Origin: an uncultured Aminicenantes bacterium
GTDB lineage: Bacteria; Acidobacteriota; Aminicenantia; UBA2199
Assembly (NCBI GenBank): GCA_965195285.1
Contig: CBDAFS010000036.1
Location: forward strand, 1 to 38,670
Reading direction: 5' to 3'
DNA length: 38,670 bases
This document shows, in pieces, positions 9,561 to 18,101 of this stretch; the first letter of the stretch is position 1; every line of letters begins with the position of its first letter. Under the pieces are notes generated by a model, which saw only the letters and a list, made by a program, of their open reading frames with translations, was not told where the DNA came from and ran no database searches. A program made the position numbers and the translations under genes.

Positions 9561-9660
9561 TATTTCAGAAAAAAGATCCATTATTTCAGAACATGAAACG
9601 ATTTGTTCTGTTTATGGAGAGAAGCATAAATTGAATCCTTTTGTTATAAATCTTGATTAA
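9553..9660 (+). pseudogene. 35-aa 'empty' WD40 cassette: cassette N-terminus joined directly to cassette C-terminus
   Basis: Translates MNNISEKRSIISEHETICSVYGEKHKLNPFVINLD*. The first 24 nt are identical to the starts at 20075 and 25075. The end matches 'QEITCTSCGQKNKLNPFTIKLD*' of the 18102 and 22768 genes. Overlaps the NACHT stop (ATGAATAA). Confidence 0.85.
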
Positions 9661-9712
9661 TTGGGGTTATATGTGGGATAAATATATAGATAAAGATATA
9701 GAAGGTTAACAT

Positions 9713-11509
9713 ATGGCGGGTAAAAAAATGTGGTTAATCAAAATACGGCGGTGGTGGGGAGAGCATTTGTGGTTTTTTATCGGGGCCATTGCCTTGGGCA
9801 GCATTGCATTGGGTTATATTGGGTTCAGAAAATATTTTCTGGTTCTTGGTGAACAGCGCTCTTTCTGGGATATTCTCTATCTGGATCTGCAGTTGTTCAC
9901 CCTGGAGTCGGGATCGGTATCGGGAACAGTCAGCTGGGAGTTGCAGATCGCCCGCTGGTTGTCGCCGGCCATTGCCGCTTTTGCCGCTTTAAAAGCCCTG
10001 GCCCTCCTGTTCCGGGAACAGCTTCGGATGTTTAAAATCAGATTTATCAAAAATCACGTCATCATCTGCGGGCTGGGGAGAAAAGGACTGCTGTTGACCC
10101 TTGGATTTATCGAAGCCGGCTTTCGGGTGGTGGTCATTGAACTGGACGAGGGCAATGACCTGATTCCCCAGTGCCGGGAGAAAGGCGCACTGGTACTCAT
10201 CGGTGATGCCACTGATAAAGATCTGCTGAGAAAAGCCCGGGTGAATACTGCAAAACATGTTATTTCGATGTGCGGTGATGATGGTGTGAATACCGAAGTA
10301 TCCGTCAGATGCAAAGAGTTGAAAGATAAAAAAGAGGGCACGGCACTCACCTGTATCGTTCATATTGTCAATCCCCGGCTATGCCGCCTGCTCAGAGAAA
10401 GGAAATTCGGGATGAATCAGGACAGAGCCTTTCGACTGGAATTTTTTAATATCTTCGATATGGGTGCCAGGGCCTGTTTGAGTGATTATCCGCCCTTTGA
10501 TCATCAGGGTAAGGCGGATAACCGTCAATCCCATATGTTGATTGTGGGTCTGGGCAGACTGGGCGAAAACCTGGTCATCCAGGCTGCAAAAAACTGGAAG
10601 GATCTGTCACCTAACCCCAACCAAAAACTAAATATAACCATTCTTGACCGTCATGCAGAAGACAAAATTGACTCCCTGTACATCGAACACCCTCAAATAG
10701 AAAAAATATGTAATCTCCACATCCTGCAGATGGAAATCATATCACCCGCTTTTCAGACCGCTGATTTCCTGTTCTCCACTGAGGGAAGCTGCCGGTTCAC
10801 CGGTGTTTATATCTGCCTGGATGATGATTCATTCGGCCTGTCCACTGCATTGAATCTTCACCAGAAGTTTCTGCATAATGATATTCCTATTGTCGTGCGT
10901 ATGGTTCACAATGCCGGTCTGGCCACCCTCCTGAAAGACAAAGGAATCGAAAAAGATAGTTTTATCAAGCTAAATGCCTTTGGATTATTAGACAGAACCT
11001 GTACTCCCGCCATCATCATGGCCGGCACCCATGAGATATTGGCCCAGGCTATTCACGAAGAGTATGTGCGCAAACAGCGCCAGGAAGGCCAAACCGTCGA
11101 GTCCAATTCATCTCTGGTTCCCTGGCCGGAATTACCGGAAAGCCTGAGAGAATCAAACCGGAGCCAGGCCGACCATATCAGTGTCAAACTCAAACACATG
11201 GACTGTGGAATTGAGCATCTGACAACCTGGGATCCCCCTCAATTTGAATTCACTCCTGAAGAAATAGAGCGCATGGCCGTATTGGAACACAAACGCTGGG
11301 TTGAAGAGCGCCGGATGAACGGGTGGACCTATGCACCGGCCCCAAAAAATATCAAGAAAAAAACCACCCCCTATCTGGTTCCCTGGGAGGAGTTGACAGA
11401 AGATATAAAAGAGCTGGATCGAAATACGGTTAGAGGCCTTCCCGGATTATTAGCCAGGATCGGATTTCAAATTTATCGCCTGAAAAATATATATGAAACC
11501 AAACATTAA
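9713..11509 (+). CDS. Ion-channel-like membrane protein with TrkA-N/RCK domains and C-terminal RyR repeats
   Basis: Two hydrophobic helices flanking a pore-helix-like segment; Rossmann motifs 'HVIICGLGRKG' and 'IVGLGRLG'; 'GDATD'; RyR-type 'EHKRW...GWTY...PYLVPWEEL'. Confidence 0.85.
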   Translation: MAGKKMWLIKIRRWWGEHLWFFIGAIALGSIALGYIGFRKYFLVLGEQRSFWDILYLDLQLFTLESGSVSGTVSWELQIARWLSPAIAAFAALKALALLFREQLRMFKIRFIKNHVIICGLGRKGLLLTLGFIEAGFRVVVIELDEGNDLIPQCREKGALVLIGDATDKDLLRKARVNTAKHVISMCGDDGVNTEVSVRCKELKDKKEGTALTCIVHIVNPRLCRLLRERKFGMNQDRAFRLEFFNIFDMGARACLSDYPPFDHQGKADNRQSHMLIVGLGRLGENLVIQAAKNWKDLSPNPNQKLNITILDRHAEDKIDSLYIEHPQIEKICNLHILQMEIISPAFQTADFLFSTEGSCRFTGVYICLDDDSFGLSTALNLHQKFLHNDIPIVVRMVHNAGLATLLKDKGIEKDSFIKLNAFGLLDRTCTPAIIMAGTHEILAQAIHEEYVRKQRQEGQTVESNSSLVPWPELPESLRESNRSQADHISVKLKHMDCGIEHLTTWDPPQFEFTPEEIERMAVLEHKRWVEERRMNGWTYAPAPKNIKKKTTPYLVPWEELTEDIKELDRNTVRGLPGLLARIGFQIYRLKNIYETKH

Positions 11510-11554
11510 TATGTTTTTTAAAATATTTCTTAAAACCAGAGGAGGTTAAAATTC

Positions 11555-13744
11555 ATGCCCGATGAAAAATGGCCCGGCTGGGATAAACTCTCCTATGATG
11601 TCAAACGAATTATCTATCATGCCACTAAAATTGCCAACAACGCCAATCGAGCCACTGCCAATGCCGCCCATATCATGCAGGCATTGACCCATCTATACCC
11701 AAACGAAGTGCTGAATATTGTGGATAAAGTGAGCCTGAATGAGATCAATAAGAAATTAAAGGATCAGCTTTTGGCTGACCAGGACCTGTATTCTTATAAC
11801 CAGATCCTGGATGATGCCTGTTTTCAGTCTAAAAATGGAGTCATAAAATTGGATCTGCTGATAACATCAACAGCCAGTACCTGTGGTTTCAGAATAAAAA
11901 AAACAGAACAAAAGGCTTCCATAGACACACCTGATTTGGAAGACTTTGAATTACCGATTGAACCCGAAATTGAAGCCGAAACAAAATCAAGTGCCCAAGT
12001 AAGTGATTTTTTAAAAAAATTCGGCCGTGACCTGACTGAAATGGCCAGCTTGGGAAAGCTCCATCCCATCATCGGTCGCACCCGGGAGATCAATCTGGTG
12101 ATAGAGACCCTGTGCCGGGTTTTCAAACGCAATCCCTTGCTGACCGGACCGGCCGGAGTGGGGAAAACCGCCATCATCGAAGGCCTGGCCCAAAAATTGA
12201 TTTCCGGCAATGTCCCGGCTGCCCTGAAGGGAAAAAGGATATTGGAAATGAACATGGCCAGTGTAATAGGCGGGACCAAGTACCGGGGAGAATTTGAAGA
12301 ACGGATGACCCAGATCCTTAACGAAGTCCGGTCATCCGGGGTTATCCTGTTCATCGACGAGTTTCATTCGATCATGGGTGCGGGCCTGGTTGAAGGGTCC
12401 ACCCTGGATGCCACCACCATTTTGCTACCTGCCCTTGCCAGGGGCGAAATATCCTGCATCGGTGCCACCACTGACACTTACTATCACAAGTATATCACCA
12501 AAAATTCTGCCCTGGAACGCCGTTTCCAGCCCATTCGCATCCCGGAGCTGCCCCCGGCAGAAACTCTGAACATGTTAAAACAGCTGGTACCCATCAAGTT
12601 TGAAAAGCCCCAGGACCTTCAAATAGACACGAACGTCTATTCCCAGGTCATTGACCTTTCCCAGCGTTACATGAGAAACAGATATTTTCCGGACAAGGCC
12701 ATTGATATTATCGATCATGCCGTAGGACGGGCTGTACGCCAGGGCAAAAAAACCATAACCCTGGAAGATATAAAAGAGCAGATCGGTTCCCTGACCGGGC
12801 TTCCCATCGGTAAACTGGAAGATGAGATGAGAAATAAATTACAGGGATTGACCGCTTATCTGAAGAGCCGTATCCTGGGACAGGATCACATCATTGATCT
12901 GGTGGTGGATATTATCTGGCCAAAAACCCTGGGAGCAGACCTCCATCCCCAGCGCCCCAACGGGGTATTCCTGTTTGCCGGACCTACCGGAGTGGGAAAA
13001 ACCGAATTTGCCAATGCTTTATCTGAATTTATGTTTGGTTCCCAAAAAAAACTCATCCGCATCGATATGTCCGAGTTTTCAGAACCACACGCAGTAGCCA
13101 AACTTTTAGGTGCCCCTTTTGGCTATCACGGGGTTGAAGAAGGGAGCCCCATCCTGAATGAAATCGATGAAAAACCCTTCTCGATCCTGTTATTAGATGA
13201 AATAGAGAAAGCCCACCCGGAGATTCACAAACTGTTTCTGCAGGTTTTTGATAGCGGTGTGTTAACCGATACCTTCAGGCGCCATACTTATTTCAGTGAT
13301 GTCATTATTATCATGACCTCCAATATTTCCATTGAACGGGATCACGGCATCGGTTTTATGTCCGATGAAACAGACCGGGGAGTCAGGGATCAATTGATGA
13401 AATATTTTCCGGCTGAGTTTATCAACCGCATTGACTATATCGGTGTATTCAACAGCATCTCCAACGAAACCGCAGAAAAAATCGTGAGCAGAAGTATCAT
13501 TCCCCAGGTTAAACAAAAATGGCAGAAAAAAGGAATAGGCCTCATATTTTCAAATGAAGCCATTACATTAATTACCCAAAAAGGGTTCAGCAAAAAATGG
13601 GGCGCCCGTAACCTGGAACGAACCGTGGATGAATTGATCAATACGCCTCTGGCCAAGTTGATGCCCGAAGTGAATAATGATGAAATCATAAAAATGGAGA
13701 TCGGAGTCAAAGAGGGCTCTCTGGTATTTATTGAAAAAAAATAG
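11555..13744 (+). CDS. ClpA/ClpC-like Hsp100 AAA+ ATPase (two NBDs, no M-domain)
   Basis: GPAGVGKT, KYRGEFEER, LFIDEFH, ALERRFQ, PDKAID; second NBD GPTGVGKT, RIDMSEF, LLDEIEKAHP, GARNL; IGF loop 'GIGF'. GGAGG SD. Confidence 0.9.
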   Translation: MPDEKWPGWDKLSYDVKRIIYHATKIANNANRATANAAHIMQALTHLYPNEVLNIVDKVSLNEINKKLKDQLLADQDLYSYNQILDDACFQSKNGVIKLDLLITSTASTCGFRIKKTEQKASIDTPDLEDFELPIEPEIEAETKSSAQVSDFLKKFGRDLTEMASLGKLHPIIGRTREINLVIETLCRVFKRNPLLTGPAGVGKTAIIEGLAQKLISGNVPAALKGKRILEMNMASVIGGTKYRGEFEERMTQILNEVRSSGVILFIDEFHSIMGAGLVEGSTLDATTILLPALARGEISCIGATTDTYYHKYITKNSALERRFQPIRIPELPPAETLNMLKQLVPIKFEKPQDLQIDTNVYSQVIDLSQRYMRNRYFPDKAIDIIDHAVGRAVRQGKKTITLEDIKEQIGSLTGLPIGKLEDEMRNKLQGLTAYLKSRILGQDHIIDLVVDIIWPKTLGADLHPQRPNGVFLFAGPTGVGKTEFANALSEFMFGSQKKLIRIDMSEFSEPHAVAKLLGAPFGYHGVEEGSPILNEIDEKPFSILLLDEIEKAHPEIHKLFLQVFDSGVLTDTFRRHTYFSDVIIIMTSNISIERDHGIGFMSDETDRGVRDQLMKYFPAEFINRIDYIGVFNSISNETAEKIVSRSIIPQVKQKWQKKGIGLIFSNEAITLITQKGFSKKWGARNLERTVDELINTPLAKLMPEVNNDEIIKMEIGVKEGSLVFIEKK

Positions 13745-13778
13745 TCCTGACACATTAATGCTTGAATAAGGAGGAAAA

Positions 13779-16346
13779 ATGAGTGAAAGAAAATCAACTC
13801 AAAAAGATATTTCCACCATCGTGGTTACCGGGGATGTGGCCGTTGACTGGATGGAAGTTCCAATTTCCCCGGCCCCGATATCCCATGACAACAACAATAT
13901 ACTTAACTGGCAGATCATCCGGGGCGTCCGGCAAATTGCCAGGCCAGGCGGTGCCCTGCTGCTGGCTGATTGGATCAGAGCCTTTACGAAAACAAAGGTT
14001 CTGTCCCCTGCCCTGAAAGGGATCGAAGACATCTCCCCTGAAGAGATTCTTCATTCACTGGTCTGCCTGGACCAATTCCCCTTTACTCAAAGCAGCCAGC
14101 AGAATAAGGTATTCAGAGTCAGCCAATTCAAAGGGTATAGCGGAAATCAAAAACAGACACCCGGGCTCATAAAATTGGCCAGTGATGACCCAAAGGCAAA
14201 AATTCTGGTTCTGGATGATTCCGGTAACGGATTCAGGAATGCAGCCGAAAAATTCTGGCCGGCTGCATTAACAGCTGGAAAACCCGACTGGATTATTTTG
14301 AAAATGAGCCACCCCCTGGTACAGGGAAAGTTGTGGAATAAACTGAGCAAGGATTATCCGGATAAAATGATTCTGGTAGTCAGTGCCGATGACTTACGCC
14401 GGCTGGGGGCAAAAATAAGCCGCAAGGTCTCCTGGGAGCGCACCGCCATGGATTTTGTCTGGCAGATGGCTGCCAATTCCAAACTGATTCCCCTGAATCA
14501 ATGTGCCTGCCTGGTGGTCAGATTCGGAGTGGATGGTGCCATTGTGTATTGGAGAAGAGCCGGGAAGGTAGATGCCCGCCTGTTCTATGATCCGGAAATC
14601 GGTGAAGAAGGTTTTTCCGATTATTGCCCGGGTAGAATGATCGGAATAGGTTCGGTTTTTACCGCCTCTCTGGTGGTTCATCTGGCAGAAAACAGCCTTG
14701 ATAATATAATGCCGGGTATTAGCAAGGGAATTCAGGCTTCGAGACGGTTATGGAAACTGGGTTTTGGCAATGACATGGCCCTGCTGAATTATCCGTTTGA
14801 CCGGCTATTCCATAAAAAAGATATTCAGGAAACTCCCATCATGGATGTGAAAATCCCATCATCCTCACATACCAATAACGCTGATCCCCTTTACTGGTGC
14901 ATTCTCCAGGATATTACTGATTTTGGCCTGGAAAAAGCAGCTATCAATCAGGTAATTTACGGAAAAGATTCCTCCCTGGACCGGGTTCCCCGGGGCCAGT
15001 TCCGTAATTTAATAACCGTTGACCGGTCGGAAATCGAAATTCTGTGCAATATTAGGAATCTGATCCGCGAGTACCTGGACAATCCTAAAATAACCCGTCC
15101 CCTGTGTGTAGCCGTTTTCGGCCCTCCGGGATCGGGAAAGTCTTTTGCCGTTACCGAAGTAGCCAAGAGTGTGTCCCCGGAAAAATTAGCCAAAGATCCC
15201 CTGGAATTCAATCTCTCCCAGTTTGATTCCACTTCGGAACTGATCGCTGCTTTTCACCGGGTGAGGGACGTCACCCTGGAAGGTAAAATTCCCATTGTCT
15301 TTTTTGATGAATTTGATACTGCATTGAACGGTAAATTAGGCTGGCTCAAGTATTTTTTAGCCCCCATGCAGGATGGAAAATTTCGGGAAGGAGAAACGGT
15401 TCACCCCATTGGCCGGGCCATCTTTGTATTTGCCGGCGGCACGAGTTCTACCTTTGCGGCTTTCAGCCGGGAAGAAAAAAAAGACCTGCGAGATCAGGAC
15501 AGGCAATTTTTTGTGGATGCCAAGGGGCCTGATTTTGTCAGCCGTTTGCGCGGTTATATCAATGTAAAGGGTCCGGATCCGGTAGATAAAAAGGACAAAC
15601 ACTATCTGATCAGGCGGGCCATTATCATCCGGTTTTTATTAAAGAAAAAAGCGGCTCATATTTTCAATTCCCGGGGGGAATGCCAGATCGACCCCGGGGT
15701 GCTCAGGGCCCTGATCAAGGTCCCGGAATACAAACACGGCATCCGGTCTATTGAAGCCATCATCGAGATGAGCATGCTGTCCGGACGACCCGGATTTGAG
15801 CAGGCTGCCCTTCCCTCACCCGAACAGCTCATCCTTCATGTGGATGCGGATATGTTTACCCGTCTGGTAACCCGGGATGTGATCCTGGGAGGAGCCAGGG
15901 AAGAAATTGCCCGGGCCATCCATGAAGAGTTTTTAGCCAATAACAAAGGAAAAAAAGAATTGAATAAAAAAACCATGGTTCCATGGGACCAACTCACAGA
16001 ACATTATAAGGGATCCAACCTACGGCAGGCCGAAGATATCCCCCGGAAACTCAAGGCCGTGAACTGTGATTTTGCCCCAATCAAAGACAGAAAGCCTAAG
16101 CTTATAACATTTAATAAAAAAGAGTTGCTATTAATGGCCCAGCTGGAACACGAGCGCTGGGTGAAAGAAAAATTCCTCAATGAATGGAGTTACGGAGAGA
16201 AAAAGGATGAAGTCAAAAAAACCCATCCCTACCTGGTGGAGTGGGAAAAGCTCTCGGAAAAGGAAAAACAAAAAGACATCAATGCAGTAGAAGCCATCCC
16301 CCAGCTCCTGGCCAGCATAGGATTTGAAATATACCGGCTCAAATGA
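13779..16346 (+). CDS. PfkB-like N-domain, AAA+ ATPase and C-terminal RyR repeats
   Basis: 'IVVTGDVAVDW...PGGA' ribokinase-like start; Walker A GPPGSGKS; Walker B VFFDEFD; RyR-type 'EHERW...WSYG...HPYLVEWEKL'. AAGGAGG SD. Confidence 0.8.
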   Translation: MSERKSTQKDISTIVVTGDVAVDWMEVPISPAPISHDNNNILNWQIIRGVRQIARPGGALLLADWIRAFTKTKVLSPALKGIEDISPEEILHSLVCLDQFPFTQSSQQNKVFRVSQFKGYSGNQKQTPGLIKLASDDPKAKILVLDDSGNGFRNAAEKFWPAALTAGKPDWIILKMSHPLVQGKLWNKLSKDYPDKMILVVSADDLRRLGAKISRKVSWERTAMDFVWQMAANSKLIPLNQCACLVVRFGVDGAIVYWRRAGKVDARLFYDPEIGEEGFSDYCPGRMIGIGSVFTASLVVHLAENSLDNIMPGISKGIQASRRLWKLGFGNDMALLNYPFDRLFHKKDIQETPIMDVKIPSSSHTNNADPLYWCILQDITDFGLEKAAINQVIYGKDSSLDRVPRGQFRNLITVDRSEIEILCNIRNLIREYLDNPKITRPLCVAVFGPPGSGKSFAVTEVAKSVSPEKLAKDPLEFNLSQFDSTSELIAAFHRVRDVTLEGKIPIVFFDEFDTALNGKLGWLKYFLAPMQDGKFREGETVHPIGRAIFVFAGGTSSTFAAFSREEKKDLRDQDRQFFVDAKGPDFVSRLRGYINVKGPDPVDKKDKHYLIRRAIIIRFLLKKKAAHIFNSRGECQIDPGVLRALIKVPEYKHGIRSIEAIIEMSMLSGRPGFEQAALPSPEQLILHVDADMFTRLVTRDVILGGAREEIARAIHEEFLANNKGKKELNKKTMVPWDQLTEHYKGSNLRQAEDIPRKLKAVNCDFAPIKDRKPKLITFNKKELLLMAQLEHERWVKEKFLNEWSYGEKKDEVKKTHPYLVEWEKLSEKEKQKDINAVEAIPQLLASIGFEIYRLK

Positions 16347-16368
16347 AAGGTTTCTAAACGAGGATAAT

Positions 16369-18087
16369 ATGTCTGAAAAAAAACTTATCGGACAGATGTT
16401 AATCGAAGCTGGCCTGATTGATCAGGGAAAACTGAATGAAGCATTAAAAGAGCAAAAAAAATCAGGTCAAAAGATCGGGAGTATTTTAATCCGGCTGGGA
16501 TATGTATCTGAAAGTAATATAGCAAAGATGTTGAACAGGCAATTGGGGTATCCTTCAATAAACCTTTCCAAAATAGAGATTGACAAAAAAATCTTAGATT
16601 TATTAAATCCCGAAATTCTCCGGAAGCATACTGTTTTCCCGGTCTACCGAATCGGGTCAACTTTAACCCTGGCCATGGCTGATCCATCAAATTCATTTGT
16701 ACAGGAAGAGATAAGATTTTCAACTAATTTAAGGATTCAAGCGGTTATCGCACCTGAAAGTTCTATTTTTGAAGCCATCGACGAATATTATGGGTCATCA
16801 ACCGGAATTGAACATCGGATGTTTAAGATTGATGAGGTAGAAGCAGAAGAAAATTCGAATTTGGAATTCATGAGCATTGAAGCGGATGAATCATCTGAAT
16901 TCCAAACCAAAAAACCATCAAGCATAACTGATGAAAGTACCAAAAAAGATATTTCAGATATCAAAATAAATACTGATGCTTCGGTTTTCAAAATTAAAAG
17001 CGAGAATACGAATACTGATCTGTTTGAGAAATACAAAACCGATGCATTTAAAAAAAGTGAAGAGGAAAAGCCAATTACTGAAATTGGAAGAGAAGAACGA
17101 ATTACAACAAAATCTAGTGACCTTACTCCGGAGGATATGAAACAAAAATGGCAAACTTGCGGAGGGACTCAAAAATTTAAAAAAACACATACTGAGCGTT
17201 TTAGCTCTCCTTCCAGTATCATTCTTCATCCTTCAGATGTTGAAAATCTCAAAAAAGAAACCGGTGATGAGGTCGATTGTTCGGTCTTCTCACCAGCTGA
17301 AATTTCCAGGAATGAGACTATTATGGTTCAGGTGTTTATCCATCTTCCCGAACAAAAAGAAGAATCCATGGATTTGGCCCGGGAATTCGATGAAGAAACA
17401 TCCAGACGGGGATTTAAGAGCCTGAGTATTCCCGTGGAAAAGGATTCGACATTATCCTTTAATCTGGTATTACCGAAACTTGTGGTTGATGAAACAAACC
17501 AGGAACTGATCTGGAAAGGCCGGCCGGAATCGGTTCAATTCTCTGTATCTGCTTCTGAAGGATGCAGTATCGGAAATACAGTGGGAACGGTGACTATTTT
17601 TAACGGGAGTGTTCCTGTCGGGAATATAAAATTCAAAATAAAAATTTGTGAGGAAAAACAAACTGAAACCATCGATCAAGCCAATCCGATCGGAGAGCAA
17701 GCCAGTAAATTCACCAAGGCTTTCATATCCTATGCTGCCAAAGACCGTGACAAAGTTCTGGCCAGAATCCAGATGATGAAAGTAGTGGGAATAGATTATT
17801 TTCAAGATATTCTGGATCTTGATCCTGGGGTTCGATGGGAGAAAGAACTTTACAAACACATTGATGAATGTGATCTGTTTCTCCTTTTCTGGTCATCTGC
17901 TTCAAAAGAATCAGAATGGGTAATGAAGGAAGTCCGTTACGCCCTGAACAAAAAGGGAGGTGACGATCTTGCTCCACCCGAAATCTATCCGGTTATCATT
18001 GAAGGCCCACCGATTCCCCTGCCCCCACAGGAATTATCCCACCTCCACTTCAATGACCGGATTCTTTATGTCATGGGAAGGGATTAG
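16369..18087 (+). CDS. MshEN/T2SSE_N domain, acidic linker, beta-rich domain and TIR domain
   Basis: Start moved to the ATG at 16369 after GAGGA. 'LIGQMLIEAGLI...LNEALKEQ...KIGSILIRLG' and 'LAMADP' match PilB/GspE N-termini. TIR: 'AFISYA..D', 'DLFLLFWS..S..SEWVMKE'. Confidence 0.85.
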   Translation: MSEKKLIGQMLIEAGLIDQGKLNEALKEQKKSGQKIGSILIRLGYVSESNIAKMLNRQLGYPSINLSKIEIDKKILDLLNPEILRKHTVFPVYRIGSTLTLAMADPSNSFVQEEIRFSTNLRIQAVIAPESSIFEAIDEYYGSSTGIEHRMFKIDEVEAEENSNLEFMSIEADESSEFQTKKPSSITDESTKKDISDIKINTDASVFKIKSENTNTDLFEKYKTDAFKKSEEEKPITEIGREERITTKSSDLTPEDMKQKWQTCGGTQKFKKTHTERFSSPSSIILHPSDVENLKKETGDEVDCSVFSPAEISRNETIMVQVFIHLPEQKEESMDLAREFDEETSRRGFKSLSIPVEKDSTLSFNLVLPKLVVDETNQELIWKGRPESVQFSVSASEGCSIGNTVGTVTIFNGSVPVGNIKFKIKICEEKQTETIDQANPIGEQASKFTKAFISYAAKDRDKVLARIQMMKVVGIDYFQDILDLDPGVRWEKELYKHIDECDLFLLFWSSASKESEWVMKEVRYALNKKGGDDLAPPEIYPVIIEGPPIPLPPQELSHLHFNDRILYVMGRD

Positions 18088-18101
18088 TACTTTTATAATA
18101 A

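Noticed and set aside
11555-13744. clpB or T6SS clpV
   Set aside because: No coiled-coil M-domain, an IGF loop is present, and there are no T6SS genes nearby, so no gene symbol was assigned.
16369-18087. pilB/gspE secretion ATPase
   Set aside because: Only the N-terminal domain is present; there are no Walker motifs and the C-terminus is a TIR domain.
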